From a bacterium (GTDB lineage: Bacteria > UBA10199 > 2-02-FULL-44-16 > JAAZCA01), in contig CAXXGI010000001.1 of assembly GCA_963674695.2 (NCBI GenBank), positions 672,001 to 736,000 of the forward strand: a DNA stretch of 64,000 bases, written 5' to 3'. The notes under the pieces are model-generated. The model was not told the origin of the DNA. It did not search any database and worked only from the letters and a program-made list of their open reading frames with translations. The position numbers and the translations under genes are program-made. Position 1 is the first letter of the stretch; every line of letters starts with the position of its first letter. Below, piece after piece: positions 29,030-38,955 of the stretch.

Positions 29030-30058
29030 ATGGACACCACCGATATCAAAAAAGAGGTCGCACAGCTGCACAAGAACCGGGGGCGCCTCGTCCAGGTTTC
29101 CAATGTGGAATGGTATTCGTTGTTCAAGGACGAAATTCGCAACTCCATCGCCATAGAGGGTGTCTTCACAAACAGAAATGATCTCATCGATGTTCTCGAA
29201 AAGAATAAGCGAACGGACAAGCAGAAGGCCGCCGCGATCCTGGGGTATTTCGAATCGGCCTCGGCCATCTATGAATACGCGGCCAATCAACACAGCGAGG
29301 GAGAGTTCTCGCTGCGCATGTCCGATGTCAGGCAGATCCACACGCTGCTCATGCGCTATGAAAAAGAGATGGGTTTTTACGATGGCGAGCTCGGGGAATT
29401 TCGCAACAAGCGCGTGGACGTCACCATGTCGACCTTTACTCCGGTCAATGCATTTCATGTCAGGCAGGCCATGGAACTTCTCGTGAAGTGGGTCAATCAT
29501 CATATAAAGAAGAAAACGTATACACCGGTCAGGCTGGCGGCGATGGCACATGTGTGGTTTGAGTCGATTCACCCCTTCCGTGACGGGAACGGACGCTCGG
29601 GGAGGATATTGCTGTCGTACGTGCTGATAGGCTGCGGATACATCAACGTTGCCATCAAGGGCGTCTCCAAAAAGGACCGCAATCATTATTATGAATCACT
29701 CGAAAAGGCGGACGACGACTTCGAGTCAATACACAGACGAATCGAGGACGGCGAAACATTCAACGTGGCGGATGTGGACAAGCTCATTCACCGAAACCAT
29801 TTTGATGCATTCACCGCCATCGTCGTTGAAGCGCTGAAAGAATCCGTCTCCCGTCTCAAGGAAGTGGATGTCGACCGGATCGACAAGGAAGCCCTGTTGC
29901 CCCTCAGCGATCTTTCACACCTCTATGGATATTCGTCGGACTATCTCCGAAACCTCATCAATCGGGGAAAATTGAGGGGGCAAAAAAAAGGCAAGACTTG
30001 GTATGTGCGCGTCAAGGATCTTGCCGAGTACATGGAACAACTCACGTCGGATTCTTGA
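29030..30058 (+). CDS. Fic family protein with C-terminal excisionase-like HTH
   Basis: HPFRDGNGRSGR, SIAIEG inhibitory motif, YLRNLINRGKLRGQKKGKTWYV. Confidence 0.92.
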   Translation: MDTTDIKKEVAQLHKNRGRLVQVSNVEWYSLFKDEIRNSIAIEGVFTNRNDLIDVLEKNKRTDKQKAAAILGYFESASAIYEYAANQHSEGEFSLRMSDVRQIHTLLMRYEKEMGFYDGELGEFRNKRVDVTMSTFTPVNAFHVRQAMELLVKWVNHHIKKKTYTPVRLAAMAHVWFESIHPFRDGNGRSGRILLSYVLIGCGYINVAIKGVSKKDRNHYYESLEKADDDFESIHRRIEDGETFNVADVDKLIHRNHFDAFTAIVVEALKESVSRLKEVDVDRIDKEALLPLSDLSHLYGYSSDYLRNLINRGKLRGQKKGKTWYVRVKDLAEYMEQLTSDS

Positions 30059-30102
30059 TGATTCCTTGATACGCGTCGAGACAGCGCAAAAACCCTCTCC
30101 CA

Positions 30103-30215
30103 TCAGTATCGTTGTTTCTCCGGGATCACGCCGCGGACGCACCTCGTCTTCGGTCAACTCAAAGTAATCGGCCACGTGCCGACGCGTGACGATGAGCGTG
30201 TGCCCCTCGCTCAGG
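30103..30215 (-). pseudogene. Internally deleted HIT gene remnant
   Basis: GHTLIVTRRHVADYFELT joined out of frame to VRGVIPEKQRY*, both matching 31669..32037. Confidence 0.7.
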
Positions 30216-30489
30216 ATAAACTCCGCGAGGTGTTCTCCCGAGAACACCCAACCGTTTTCTTCGTCTGACGCTTCCCTCACTGCCGCCAATCGCTGCAGAC
30301 GCAGCAAACGTCGGCGGTGGGTGGCGAAGCTAGTGTGAATAGAGCTTGCCTCGTCTGATGGGTTTTTCAACAGAAAGATAAATGACGCAGGATATCAACA
30401 TGTTGCATCTTTTATTGATCAGAGGGGTTAGGAGGGATCAATTTTTCTATAGCTTCTCGGCTTATTTTCTCATACAGTTGTCAAAGTAC

Positions 30490-30534
30490 ACCCGCCGGGC
30501 GCGCCGTAAGGCAGCTCACTTCGGCGGGTTTTTC
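30490..30534 (+). ncRNA. Candidate abiF-associated leader/antitoxin RNA
   Basis: ACCCGCCG / CGGCGGGT stem enclosing GCC-GTAA-GGC, followed by T run, just upstream of AbiF. Confidence 0.5.
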
Positions 30535-30551
30535 ATATTAAGGATGAATAA

Positions 30552-31457
30552 ATGAAATATTCAAAACCTCCGCTTACGTTTGAAGACCAAGCTGACCTGC
30601 TTATTTCTCGCGGCATGACAGGCAATCGAAATGACATGATTTCCCGTTTATCTGCCGTAAACTACTACCGACTCAGCGGTTACTGGCACACGTTCCGCAA
30701 ATTACCTGAACAGATGTTTCAAGACGGCACCACCCTTGAGAAAGTTTGAAAGCGCTACGCATTTGATCGTCATCTTCGATTACTCGTCATGGATGCCGTT
30801 GAACGTGTTGAAATTGCCGTTCGTACGCAGCTGGCCTATCAGCATGCGCATACGTATATGAATCCCTTTGCTTATGCAGAAGATCCTCGTTCCACCCCTG
30901 GATGGGACCAAGAAAGACGTGACCGTTTTTTGGCCACACTTGCTAATGAAATGAAGACCAGCAAGGAGACCTTCGTTGATCATTTTCGTTCCAAGTATGG
31001 GGCTGAGCATGCCTTCATGCCAATCTGGATGGCTGCGGAGATCATGACCTTCGGACACATGTTGACGCTTTTTCGAGGCTCTTCCCCGCAGATCAAACGT
31101 GCCGTCGCTTCCATGCTGGGCATCCATGACACTGTTGTCGAATCATGGTTATTGATGCTCAACACGATCAGAAACATTTGCGCCCATCATGGAAGGCTGT
31201 GGAATCGTGGGTTAGGAGTTAAACCTAAGATTCCAAATCGTGATCCAAAGTGGCGTACCCTCATCTTAGTCACCAATGATCGAATGTTCGGTGTACTCAC
31301 AATCCTGAAATATTGCCTCGATCATGTTGCACCGCAGAGCAAATGGCCTCATCGCTTAAAAGAACTGATAAGCACATCCTCCGATATTCCACTTACCAGC
31401 ATGGGATTTCCTAACGATTGGGAACGATGTCCGATCTGGATGGAATTTGTACGTTAG
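30552..31457 (+). pseudogene. abiF: AbiF/AbiD (Abi_2) HEPN protein with one in-frame TGA
   Basis: NYYRLSGY, YAFDRHLR, PIWMAAE..TFG, RNICAHH; ORFs 30552 and 30789 are in the same frame, split by TGA at 30747-30749. Confidence 0.85.
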
Positions 31458-31629
31458 GGCACCTCTATAAACTGCGTTTTTTGTTTTTGTCATTCCCGCA
31501 TGGAGTAAGCGGGAATCCAGCCAGGTGCCTTTGTGTACGACTTTCCAGGGCTGGATCCCCGACTACAACACTCCCGCCAGAGGCGGGCAGGCGGGGATGA
31601 CAGCCAAAACCGGGTTTTTAGAGGTGTCC
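31457..31629. mobile_element. MITE, same family as 13263..13414
   Basis: GGGCACCTCTATAAAC / GTTTTTAGAGGTGTCC ends, TTA flanks, shared ATCCAGCCAGGTGCCTTTGTGTACGACTTTCC core. Confidence 0.7.
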
Positions 31630-31668
31630 TTATGTTTACCGAAACATCCGTCATCACCCCACACACTC

Positions 31669-32037
31669 TTAATACTTCTGTTTCTCCGGGATCACGCCGC
31701 GGACGCCGCCTTTGGGGTCGGGCATGTCGCCTTCGTAGCGGGGGATGAGGTGCAGGTGCACGTGATCGATCGTCTGGCCGGCGGCGCGCCCCACGTTGAC
31801 GCCGACGTTGTAGCCCTGGGGTTTGTATTCGAGATCGAGCGCGCGCTTCTGCTCGATAAGCATCGCCTGCATCGCCCGCCCTTCTTCAATGGTCAGCTCA
31901 AAGTAATCGCCCACGTGTCGGCGCGTGACGATGAGCGTATGCCCCTGGCTCACCGGATACTTATCACGGATCGCGACGACAACCTCGCCCTCGGCGACGA
32001 TGCGATCTGGGGAGATGTTGCAGAAGGGGCAGGTCAT
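31669..32037 (-). CDS. HIT family nucleotide hydrolase
   Basis: CPFC, GHTL, AGQTIDHVHLHLIPR. Confidence 0.93.
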   Translation of the reverse strand: MTCPFCNISPDRIVAEGEVVVAIRDKYPVSQGHTLIVTRRHVGDYFELTIEEGRAMQAMLIEQKRALDLEYKPQGYNVGVNVGRAAGQTIDHVHLHLIPRYEGDMPDPKGGVRGVIPEKQKY

Positions 32038-32046
32038 GGTTCGTTT

Positions 32047-33090
32047 CTAAGCCTCTTTTTCACATATGCGATGAATGCGGACTTCAAGCTCGCTCAAACC
32101 TTCGATGATCGTCTTCCACTCGGGGTAATCGCCGAAGATCATGGCTTGCATCTGCGCGTAGTCGCTGCGGAGGTCCGCCATGCGTTCGTGTGGCGGCACC
32201 AGATGGAAGCTGCCTGGCATGGCCGTCTCAAAATGTTTCCATGCCGCGCGGAAGAAAACCAGCTTGTGCTGGACAACCCTCTTGAGGAGATCGATTTGTC
32301 TCAAGGCCTTGTCAGCGAAGGTGGTCTTCGAAAGCTGATAGAGATCATAGTAGTGGCGCGCCAAACGTTCCCTTGAAGGCTCCTCCGTAGATCGATGGTA
32401 TTCGCCGTGGAGAAGCGTCGCTTTCTCCCAGAAGGTTCGTTCCGCTTCGAGCGTATAGACACGACACGAAGGATTATCGGTGAACACCAGAGGAAACGCA
32501 TCGGCCGCGTAGGGTTTGATATCGTGATCCTCTCCCGGCCAGTCGTCCGAACGCGCGCCCATTTCCAGGCGGATTGCAGGCCGGATGTAATGGCTTGGCT
32601 CACCGGCGATATCGGTGGCGGGATAGGTGAAGAGGATGGTCTGTGGATCGAGCGGATCGATCTCAAGACGCCAACCCTTGCCCCCAAGCACGCCTGCGAA
32701 ATCTTCCTGAAGTTTTGGCAGAAGACTTTCGCGGATACTCTTCTTGCAGGCATCGGTGAGCGCTTCGATCCTGCGCCGTGCTTCCTTCGCACTAATACCA
32801 GGCTGTTCGGGATCATGATCGTCAGCGAAACCAAGATCACGGCGGGAAAGCGAAAGGCCCACATCCTCCGAAAACCGCTCGATCACGTTGTACGCCTTTG
32901 AGAGCGATGTACCACCCTTGAAAATCAAGTGAGGGCGATAGCGGATGACGTCGAAGAGCCGTCGGAGGGTCCAACAAACCCAAAAGTCTTTCTCGATGAT
33001 GAGAGGCGAGCGTTCCGGATGCAATGCGACAGCGGTACGCCGGAACAAATCAGCGCGATCCACAGGAGATGATTGAGCAACGCGATCCAT
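32047..33090 (-). CDS. abiEii: AbiEii nucleotidyltransferase toxin (type IV TA)
   Basis: IEKDFWV, FKGGTSLSK, RFSEDVGL, ERTFWEK, RHYYD. Confidence 0.9.
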   Translation of the reverse strand: MDRVAQSSPVDRADLFRRTAVALHPERSPLIIEKDFWVCWTLRRLFDVIRYRPHLIFKGGTSLSKAYNVIERFSEDVGLSLSRRDLGFADDHDPEQPGISAKEARRRIEALTDACKKSIRESLLPKLQEDFAGVLGGKGWRLEIDPLDPQTILFTYPATDIAGEPSHYIRPAIRLEMGARSDDWPGEDHDIKPYAADAFPLVFTDNPSCRVYTLEAERTFWEKATLLHGEYHRSTEEPSRERLARHYYDLYQLSKTTFADKALRQIDLLKRVVQHKLVFFRAAWKHFETAMPGSFHLVPPHERMADLRSDYAQMQAMIFGDYPEWKTIIEGLSELEVRIHRICEKEA

Positions 33091-33713
33091 CAGCCCCTCC
33101 GGCCCGCAATGATTTTTTCAAGGACCGGCTTCATCCATGCGGCCGCATGAGGAAGATTTCGTTTCAACTCGTTCCTGTCCTTCGTGGTCAGGATGGAACT
33201 CAACCGGGCAATGACCTTCGACGTCATTCCTTTCGTGCCCAAATACCGGAGGGCCTGAAAAACGAGAGCGCTTACGTAACCGCGCACATCCATGGTCTTG
33301 GGCCCGCGGTTCAGAAGCCGCACCGTGTGGAGACCGAACGTCACTGTCCTGGTTCGACCGTTCGTATAGTAGATGATCTTTGCCGGTACCTGCGTCGAGA
33401 GACCGAGGAGATTGGCGGCAAGTGCTCCGGAGGGGATAACTTTCAACCCGTTTTTTTTGGCCCAGGCACGCACCATCTCGTCAGGAGGCGGGGGCATATC
33501 CTGACCCAGCAATGTGCTTACGCGCGGCAGGGCATACAGGCCACGCCGCACCCTCACGATCTTCCCCTGTTTCACCAGGCGGGAGAGGGCCTGCCGAACT
33601 GCAGTCTGGGTCCCCATATCGAGCAAATCGGCAATAGGCACCACACGCCCCCTCTTCGCGCTTATCCTTTTAAATACCTTATTAATAACGTTATTTTTCA
33701 TTTTGACCCGCAT
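33090..33713 (-). CDS. abiEi: AbiEi-type antitoxin (DUF6088-like)
   Basis: wHTH VRQALSRL..RGLY, AANLLGLSTQVP; overlaps toxin start. Confidence 0.85.
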   Translation of the reverse strand: MRVKMKNNVINKVFKRISAKRGRVVPIADLLDMGTQTAVRQALSRLVKQGKIVRVRRGLYALPRVSTLLGQDMPPPPDEMVRAWAKKNGLKVIPSGALAANLLGLSTQVPAKIIYYTNGRTRTVTFGLHTVRLLNRGPKTMDVRGYVSALVFQALRYLGTKGMTSKVIARLSSILTTKDRNELKRNLPHAAAWMKPVLEKIIAGRRG

Positions 33714-33717
33714 TTAA

Positions 33718-33745
33718 GTCACAAACTACGATCGTTTTTTGTGAC
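33718..33745. promoter_or_regulatory. Palindromic operator of the abiE operon
   Basis: GTCACAAACTACGATCGTTTTTTGTGAC near-perfect 28-bp palindrome directly upstream of abiEi. Confidence 0.6.
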
Positions 33746-33750
33746 ATATC

Positions 33751-33828
33751 TCATGGACTTTCATCACTGTCAACCACGCCCTCGGCGACGATGCGATCAT
33801 CATGCACATTGCAAAAGGGACAGGTCAT
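33751..33828 (-). pseudogene. Truncated HIT N-terminus
   Basis: MTCPFCNVHDDRIVAEGV..* versus MTCPFCNISPDRIVAEGE of 31669..32037. Confidence 0.7.
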
Positions 33829-33845
33829 GTCTTGTGCTCCATTCG

Positions 33846-34964
33846 CTACAGGAGATCGCGAACACGATTGATATCGATCTCAGAGAATTCCTTCCCGCGC
33901 ATCCACAACATCGTGCGCTCGGGCAGATGATAGTAGATCGATCGGGCAACGCCCAACGATTTTTCCACATCCCCCTCGATGCGACACTTTTCTGCAATGC
34001 GCGCCAAGTCATTGAATGACGTTGTACCCGTATCATTGCGTCGACACCAGCGCGCCACATGCTCGTCGGAGGCGAGAAAATCGCGTTTGTCGCGATTGCA
34101 CCGCTCGTCCGCGAGGACAAGGTTGTAGATTCCATTGTTTGGATAGCGTGACCAGGGGATGAAGTGATCCACCTCTGCCTTTTTCCCAATCTTTGAGCCA
34201 CAATAGAAACACCTATTGTCCTGCACCGCCTGCAGCCCCGGACGAACAGCGATCAGCGCCTTGCGGCTCATGCCGAAGAGAAACTCCTCGAGCCGAGATT
34301 CCTCGAGACCGTTGATCGCCGCCACCATCCTGGCCCAATGGCGATATAGGATGGGGCGAAGCAAGCTGTTGAGCAGCACCAGCCCTTCAGCAACGCCGGG
34401 CCGGAAGTGGATACGATTGTCGAACGAACCTCCAGCATCCTTCTGATAGCGCGTGACCTCTTTTTGCATGCGATCCACATCGCCCTTTCGCCACGCGATG
34501 TCGTAGATGAAGCGATCCTCCTGCCCACCGATCACCTGGACCCTGGGCAGGGGCATCTTGATCAACGTCCGTTCGATCGCCTTCACCAGACGATCGATCT
34601 TTGCGGGCGCCACATACCGCGCCGTGGCGAGGCTTATCGAGGGATCCGACAATGCCTTCCTGCATCGCTGAATATCGCTCAGGATCTGCGCCTGCCCCTT
34701 CGTGTTCTGATGGAGCACCCGCATCGAGCGGGAGACCGAGAACGGCATCGTGTGCGGCCAATAGAGATCGAGGACCTTCTCCGCCAACTGCCGCGTCGTC
34801 ACCATCTCTGGCGCCCGCAACCCCTTCTCCGTGCGCTCCATGCACAGATCGATGAGCCCCAGTATCACCGCATACTTGTAGGTCGCGGTAAAAGAACCTT
34901 CATCCAAGAGGTTCAATATCCGCTCGGCGAGGGTGATGGGGGAGTGGTCGAAGTGGTTACCCAT
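33846..34964 (-). CDS. HNH endonuclease domain protein (defence-associated)
   Basis: ATYKYA N-terminus, CFYCG, VDHFIPWS, NLVLA..CN..K. Confidence 0.85.
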   Translation of the reverse strand: MGNHFDHSPITLAERILNLLDEGSFTATYKYAVILGLIDLCMERTEKGLRAPEMVTTRQLAEKVLDLYWPHTMPFSVSRSMRVLHQNTKGQAQILSDIQRCRKALSDPSISLATARYVAPAKIDRLVKAIERTLIKMPLPRVQVIGGQEDRFIYDIAWRKGDVDRMQKEVTRYQKDAGGSFDNRIHFRPGVAEGLVLLNSLLRPILYRHWARMVAAINGLEESRLEEFLFGMSRKALIAVRPGLQAVQDNRCFYCGSKIGKKAEVDHFIPWSRYPNNGIYNLVLADERCNRDKRDFLASDEHVARWCRRNDTGTTSFNDLARIAEKCRIEGDVEKSLGVARSIYYHLPERTMLWMRGKEFSEIDINRVRDLL

Positions 34965-35008
34965 GAAAAGATCCCGACAGATCGAGAATTGCGTATTCCG
35001 ATGACATG

Positions 35009-35040
35009 ACCATACAAGAAGATGCCGTCAGCTTGGGGCG
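35009..35040 (-). promoter_or_regulatory. Shared promoter motif copy 1
   Basis: CGCC-ccaagc-TGACG-N11-TATGGT upstream of HNH gene. Confidence 0.5.
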
Positions 35041-35099
35041 GTTGCACCCGCAGACTCGCGCCATCAACCAATTCCATCATAAGAAATCATTTAGAGTGC

Positions 35100-35690
35100 T
35101 CAGAACAGCATCATATATAACTTAGGATAAGTCTTCTTATACCATCTCATAAATTCTTCCGCGTTGCTTCTAAAATGCAATGCAAACTGATTGAACAAAT
35201 CATCATATTTATGAAATCCATCATACGGTTTTTCCCTAGAGGCTCTCAATATGGTTCGCACCCTTTGGTGCTGTGATTGGAGGTAACACAATCTCCGTTG
35301 TCCATTGAGACGATAATCATCTTTTCTATTCAGTCGCCGCCTATCTGTGTAGTCAGGCGTTCCACCAAGCAACTCAAAGATGATAGCTACCAAAGAAAGA
35401 ATGATAGAGGGATCAAATACTTCGCTCTCCTCACAAGCCTTTTTTATGTTGCTAATATATTTATCCAATTGCGCTTTATGAAAGCCATCGGTCTGCACAT
35501 TCATCAAAACAGCCTTCTCGATGGAAATACTTATTCTTTTCAGGAGTTTTTTCCATCTCCCTTCATCCCGTTTTCCATGCACATGAAGCATGGTTGAACC
35601 CAATATCTTGGCAAGATATATTTCTCCCAAAACAGAAAGCTCCACCTCATTCATGTTTCTTCTTTTTGTATTCGTCAGAATCGATGACAT
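35100..35690 (-). CDS. Hypothetical protein downstream of Shedu
   Basis: 196-aa AT-rich ORF co-oriented with BREX; no recognised motif. Confidence 0.65.
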   Translation of the reverse strand: MSSILTNTKRRNMNEVELSVLGEIYLAKILGSTMLHVHGKRDEGRWKKLLKRISISIEKAVLMNVQTDGFHKAQLDKYISNIKKACEESEVFDPSIILSLVAIIFELLGGTPDYTDRRRLNRKDDYRLNGQRRLCYLQSQHQRVRTILRASREKPYDGFHKYDDLFNQFALHFRSNAEEFMRWYKKTYPKLYMMLF

Positions 35691-35810
35691 TTCTTAACCC
35701 ACTTTCATAATGATTGAGTTTCAGCCAACGCTTAATTCACAGGCCCATCAAATTAGCACATCTTCATGTTTTTCTAGCTGGCCTATGGTTCCTCACCAAT
35801 TCTCGCAACA

Positions 35811-36887
35811 TCAAGATGGACAATCAATGCTGTCATCAAATACTTCCAAATCATCAACTTCGTCTTCCACATCCCGCGGCGAATGACTCAATATTTCCAC
35901 CAATCTTTCCCCCTGAGAAAGCAATTGATCGTATGTCATTACAGTTACACCTGACAGTCGACGGTTCAATCCATGAAGAGCCTTAAGCTTCTCCCTAGCC
36001 CAATCATTTGACCGGCCAATAACAATTATTGCTCGCGGATGATAAGCCACTATTTCTGGATGATCTCTCAACCCCTCGCCTGCAACCTCATGAAGAACAT
36101 CTAGATATCTATGGCATTGACCAATGGCACGCGACACATCAGCTGAATAATAATAATTTCGGTGCGCTTCATCGTAAAGCAATGCACTTTGATCAGGCCT
36201 CTTTAATTCAACGATATCTCTGTATCCAGATATTACAGTCGGAAGCAATATATCGAGCCTATCACCAGCAGATATGTCCCTTGCTTCATCTCGCATCACA
36301 TAAGCATTACCAAATGCCCAGCTGTGTTCTTCACACCATTTTTGATATATATTTTCAGATACTTCTCCATTATTTAGATATTCTCTGAGTGTTGCTACAG
36401 CCGACCTCATCTCCTTTAAACGAATTGCGCCACGAAACGCGTTAATCAATTCTTCACTTAATTCGGATGAACCTAAATGTTTGACTATTTCTTCACTTGA
36501 CAACACTTTAGTCAGTGCTGCCGCAACTGCTGCGGGATCGTGCGTGCCTATCTGTGCCGTACCTTCAGTAACCCTAATCAGTACATAACTACCATCTTCT
36601 TCCTCTTGTGCTATTGCAAACAAGCCCTTAAGTTCCACATACAGCCTACGTGCAGTTTCCTCTTTCATTGATATGGATTTCTCTTCGATAATCGCCCAAT
36701 CTGCAGGAGGAGGACTTTTTTTGTATGTTACTAATTTAATCGCAAGCTGTGTACCGGCACTCCTAGGTATATAAAACGGGACGAGAACTAGGCGCGATGA
36801 ACGAGTCTCATGAATAACAATAGACTCACTATAGCTTACTTTTTCAGAGCTAGCTAACTTGCGGTCAATTGTTCTAATGTGTCCCAT
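35811..36887 (-). CDS. sduA: Shedu anti-phage nuclease (DUF4263)
   Basis: E..YQ..CEEHSWAFG, LDIL, IVELKRP, AIGQ..RY, IIVIGR, TYDQL. Confidence 0.85.
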   Translation of the reverse strand: MGHIRTIDRKLASSEKVSYSESIVIHETRSSRLVLVPFYIPRSAGTQLAIKLVTYKKSPPPADWAIIEEKSISMKEETARRLYVELKGLFAIAQEEEDGSYVLIRVTEGTAQIGTHDPAAVAAALTKVLSSEEIVKHLGSSELSEELINAFRGAIRLKEMRSAVATLREYLNNGEVSENIYQKWCEEHSWAFGNAYVMRDEARDISAGDRLDILLPTVISGYRDIVELKRPDQSALLYDEAHRNYYYSADVSRAIGQCHRYLDVLHEVAGEGLRDHPEIVAYHPRAIIVIGRSNDWAREKLKALHGLNRRLSGVTVMTYDQLLSQGERLVEILSHSPRDVEDEVDDLEVFDDSIDCPS

Positions 36888-36908
36888 CACAGCCTCCAGA
36901 TTCCATCC

Positions 36909-38942
36909 TTACTCCACCCCCAACGCCTTGAACACCGCATCTACCGGGTCTGAATAGAAGCTCGTTTGGAACTTTGCGAAGAGTTCGCTGGGGACTGTGG
37001 GGATATCCTTTACGCTGCTCATGGGGATCAGGATGCGCTTTGCACCAGCATCGAAGGCGGCTTGGAGCGATTCGGCCAAGTTCTCAACGGGCACGATGTT
37101 GCCGCCGAGACTCATATCCCCAAAAACTGCCATCTGACTCTGGAGTGGTTTTTCAAGGATACCCGAACAAAATGCGATAAAACTTGCCAATGTCATAGCC
37201 GTAGCATAGCCCGCATTATTCAGTTCAACAACATGCAGGTGGTAATCGTGATTGAGTGCCTTAACCGCAGCGCTGACACGGGATACATTGGCCTTAAAAT
37301 AATCGAATGAAACTTTTATTGGTTCCTTGGCTTTTTGGTTAGACCCAAAACCTGACATGTTCAATTTTCCAGTGCCTTGCGTCACTTGCAATTCTATTCG
37401 ATATATACCCAACAACCCGCCCGATCCTGTCGCAATCGTGAAGAGATTACCACAAGGCAAAGGATCCTCAGGTATTAACGACCCTCCTCCCTGCTCAAGA
37501 ACACCTACAAAACGCTCCTCCATTGTTTCCGTATCAATGTAACTGAAATGAACATCGTAAAATTCCATGCCGCCGATCTTCTTTAATTGTTCCTTAATCC
37601 GTCGGCGAACCTCAAGGGCATATTCCAGACACTGGCGCACAGCCTCTTTATCATATTCGCCATGAGGATGGAGAAGTTTAAGCAATCCCGATACAGTTCT
37701 CTTCACCGCAATCGTATCACGCTGATTAAGATTATTGCCCAGCTTGTAATACTTATCTATTGCATCTGAGAAATTATACTTGCGCATTTCACGAAGGTAT
37801 TCGGCCAGATAATCAACGATCATTCCGTATTGATTCGTAAAAAACTCTGGCCTCATCTTGGGAATTTCCCACCCCGGAATATAGTTGTGAAAGCGATCGA
37901 AAAAAGCCGTATCTATTAAAACCTCTGCGAATGGAGCCAGGAGATGGCTGGTTTTTACGAGGGTATCCACGCTCTGGTTGATGTTGCCGACAAATACCAT
38001 GGAGGCATTTGCGCTGATGGCATCTCGGCCACGCGAAAACGAGCCTGAAGCCATAAAATCCTTCATAATCTGCACACCGTCTTTGTCTTTGAAGGAGATC
38101 CCAGCAACCTCATCAAAGGCCACCACATCCCACACACCAACGAGCCCAACCTGCCGGGTCCCCATATTGTAAAAAAGATTGGCCACCGTCGTCTGGCCGC
38201 CCGATACAAGTATGCTATTGGGGCTGATTTCCTTATAGATATGACTCTTACCTGTGCCCCTTGGTCCCAATTCACACATATTATAGTTATTCTCAACGAG
38301 AGGGATGAGCCTGGCTATGAGATGCCATTTCACACGGGCATCCAAAACCGATGGTTCCATTCCAGTCGAACGGATCAATGCATCCATCCACTGTTCCTGC
38401 GTAAAGTACTTGCGTCCCTCAAAAAGCTCTTTTACATCCATATTCGGCAGCTGAATTGGTTTGAGTTCTGAAATACCGAATGGCGACCCCTTCTGACTCT
38501 CCTCGTAATAATAGTTCATGGAGACTATGCACCAGATACCGCCAGAGAGGAGCTTTTCGTACTTCTTAACGGTGTTGCTGGATATCTCGATTCCTTTTAC
38601 TCCCAGGTTCAACAAATAAGCCTCATAAACATCCCTTTTCTCATTGAGCTTAACGGTAACCTTGTCGATGATCTTATATGCTCCCTGCTCCTTGATCTTT
38701 GATTTTACTTTCTCAGCCTCATCGGGGCGCACATAATTTTCAGCAAGGATCTTCTTAACGGTAACCAAACCATCCTCAATGACCTTTTCGTCATCGGAAG
38801 CGCAATACATCCCTAGAAGATATTCGAGCACATACACAGGGACGTTAGCACCTTCCTTGACCATCTTGGTCAGGTCTTTACGAACCACCTTCCCCTGAAA
38901 GTGGCGATTCAATAAGGTATCGAGGCTGATGTTCTCATCCAT
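36909..38942 (-). CDS. brxL: BREX Lon-related AAA+ protein
   Basis: GKVVRKDL, ANVPVYVLEYLLG, GPRGTGKS, VAFDEV, FYSDPVDAVFKALGV. Confidence 0.95.
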   Translation of the reverse strand: MDENISLDTLLNRHFQGKVVRKDLTKMVKEGANVPVYVLEYLLGMYCASDDEKVIEDGLVTVKKILAENYVRPDEAEKVKSKIKEQGAYKIIDKVTVKLNEKRDVYEAYLLNLGVKGIEISSNTVKKYEKLLSGGIWCIVSMNYYYEESQKGSPFGISELKPIQLPNMDVKELFEGRKYFTQEQWMDALIRSTGMEPSVLDARVKWHLIARLIPLVENNYNMCELGPRGTGKSHIYKEISPNSILVSGGQTTVANLFYNMGTRQVGLVGVWDVVAFDEVAGISFKDKDGVQIMKDFMASGSFSRGRDAISANASMVFVGNINQSVDTLVKTSHLLAPFAEVLIDTAFFDRFHNYIPGWEIPKMRPEFFTNQYGMIVDYLAEYLREMRKYNFSDAIDKYYKLGNNLNQRDTIAVKRTVSGLLKLLHPHGEYDKEAVRQCLEYALEVRRRIKEQLKKIGGMEFYDVHFSYIDTETMEERFVGVLEQGGGSLIPEDPLPCGNLFTIATGSGGLLGIYRIELQVTQGTGKLNMSGFGSNQKAKEPIKVSFDYFKANVSRVSAAVKALNHDYHLHVVELNNAGYATAMTLASFIAFCSGILEKPLQSQMAVFGDMSLGGNIVPVENLAESLQAAFDAGAKRILIPMSSVKDIPTVPSELFAKFQTSFYSDPVDAVFKALGVE

Positions 38943-38955
38943 TGTAAACACTCCT

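Noticed and set aside
30747-30749. TGA recoding as Trp or Sec
   Set aside because: TGA ends many ordinary genes here and no other gene needs readthrough
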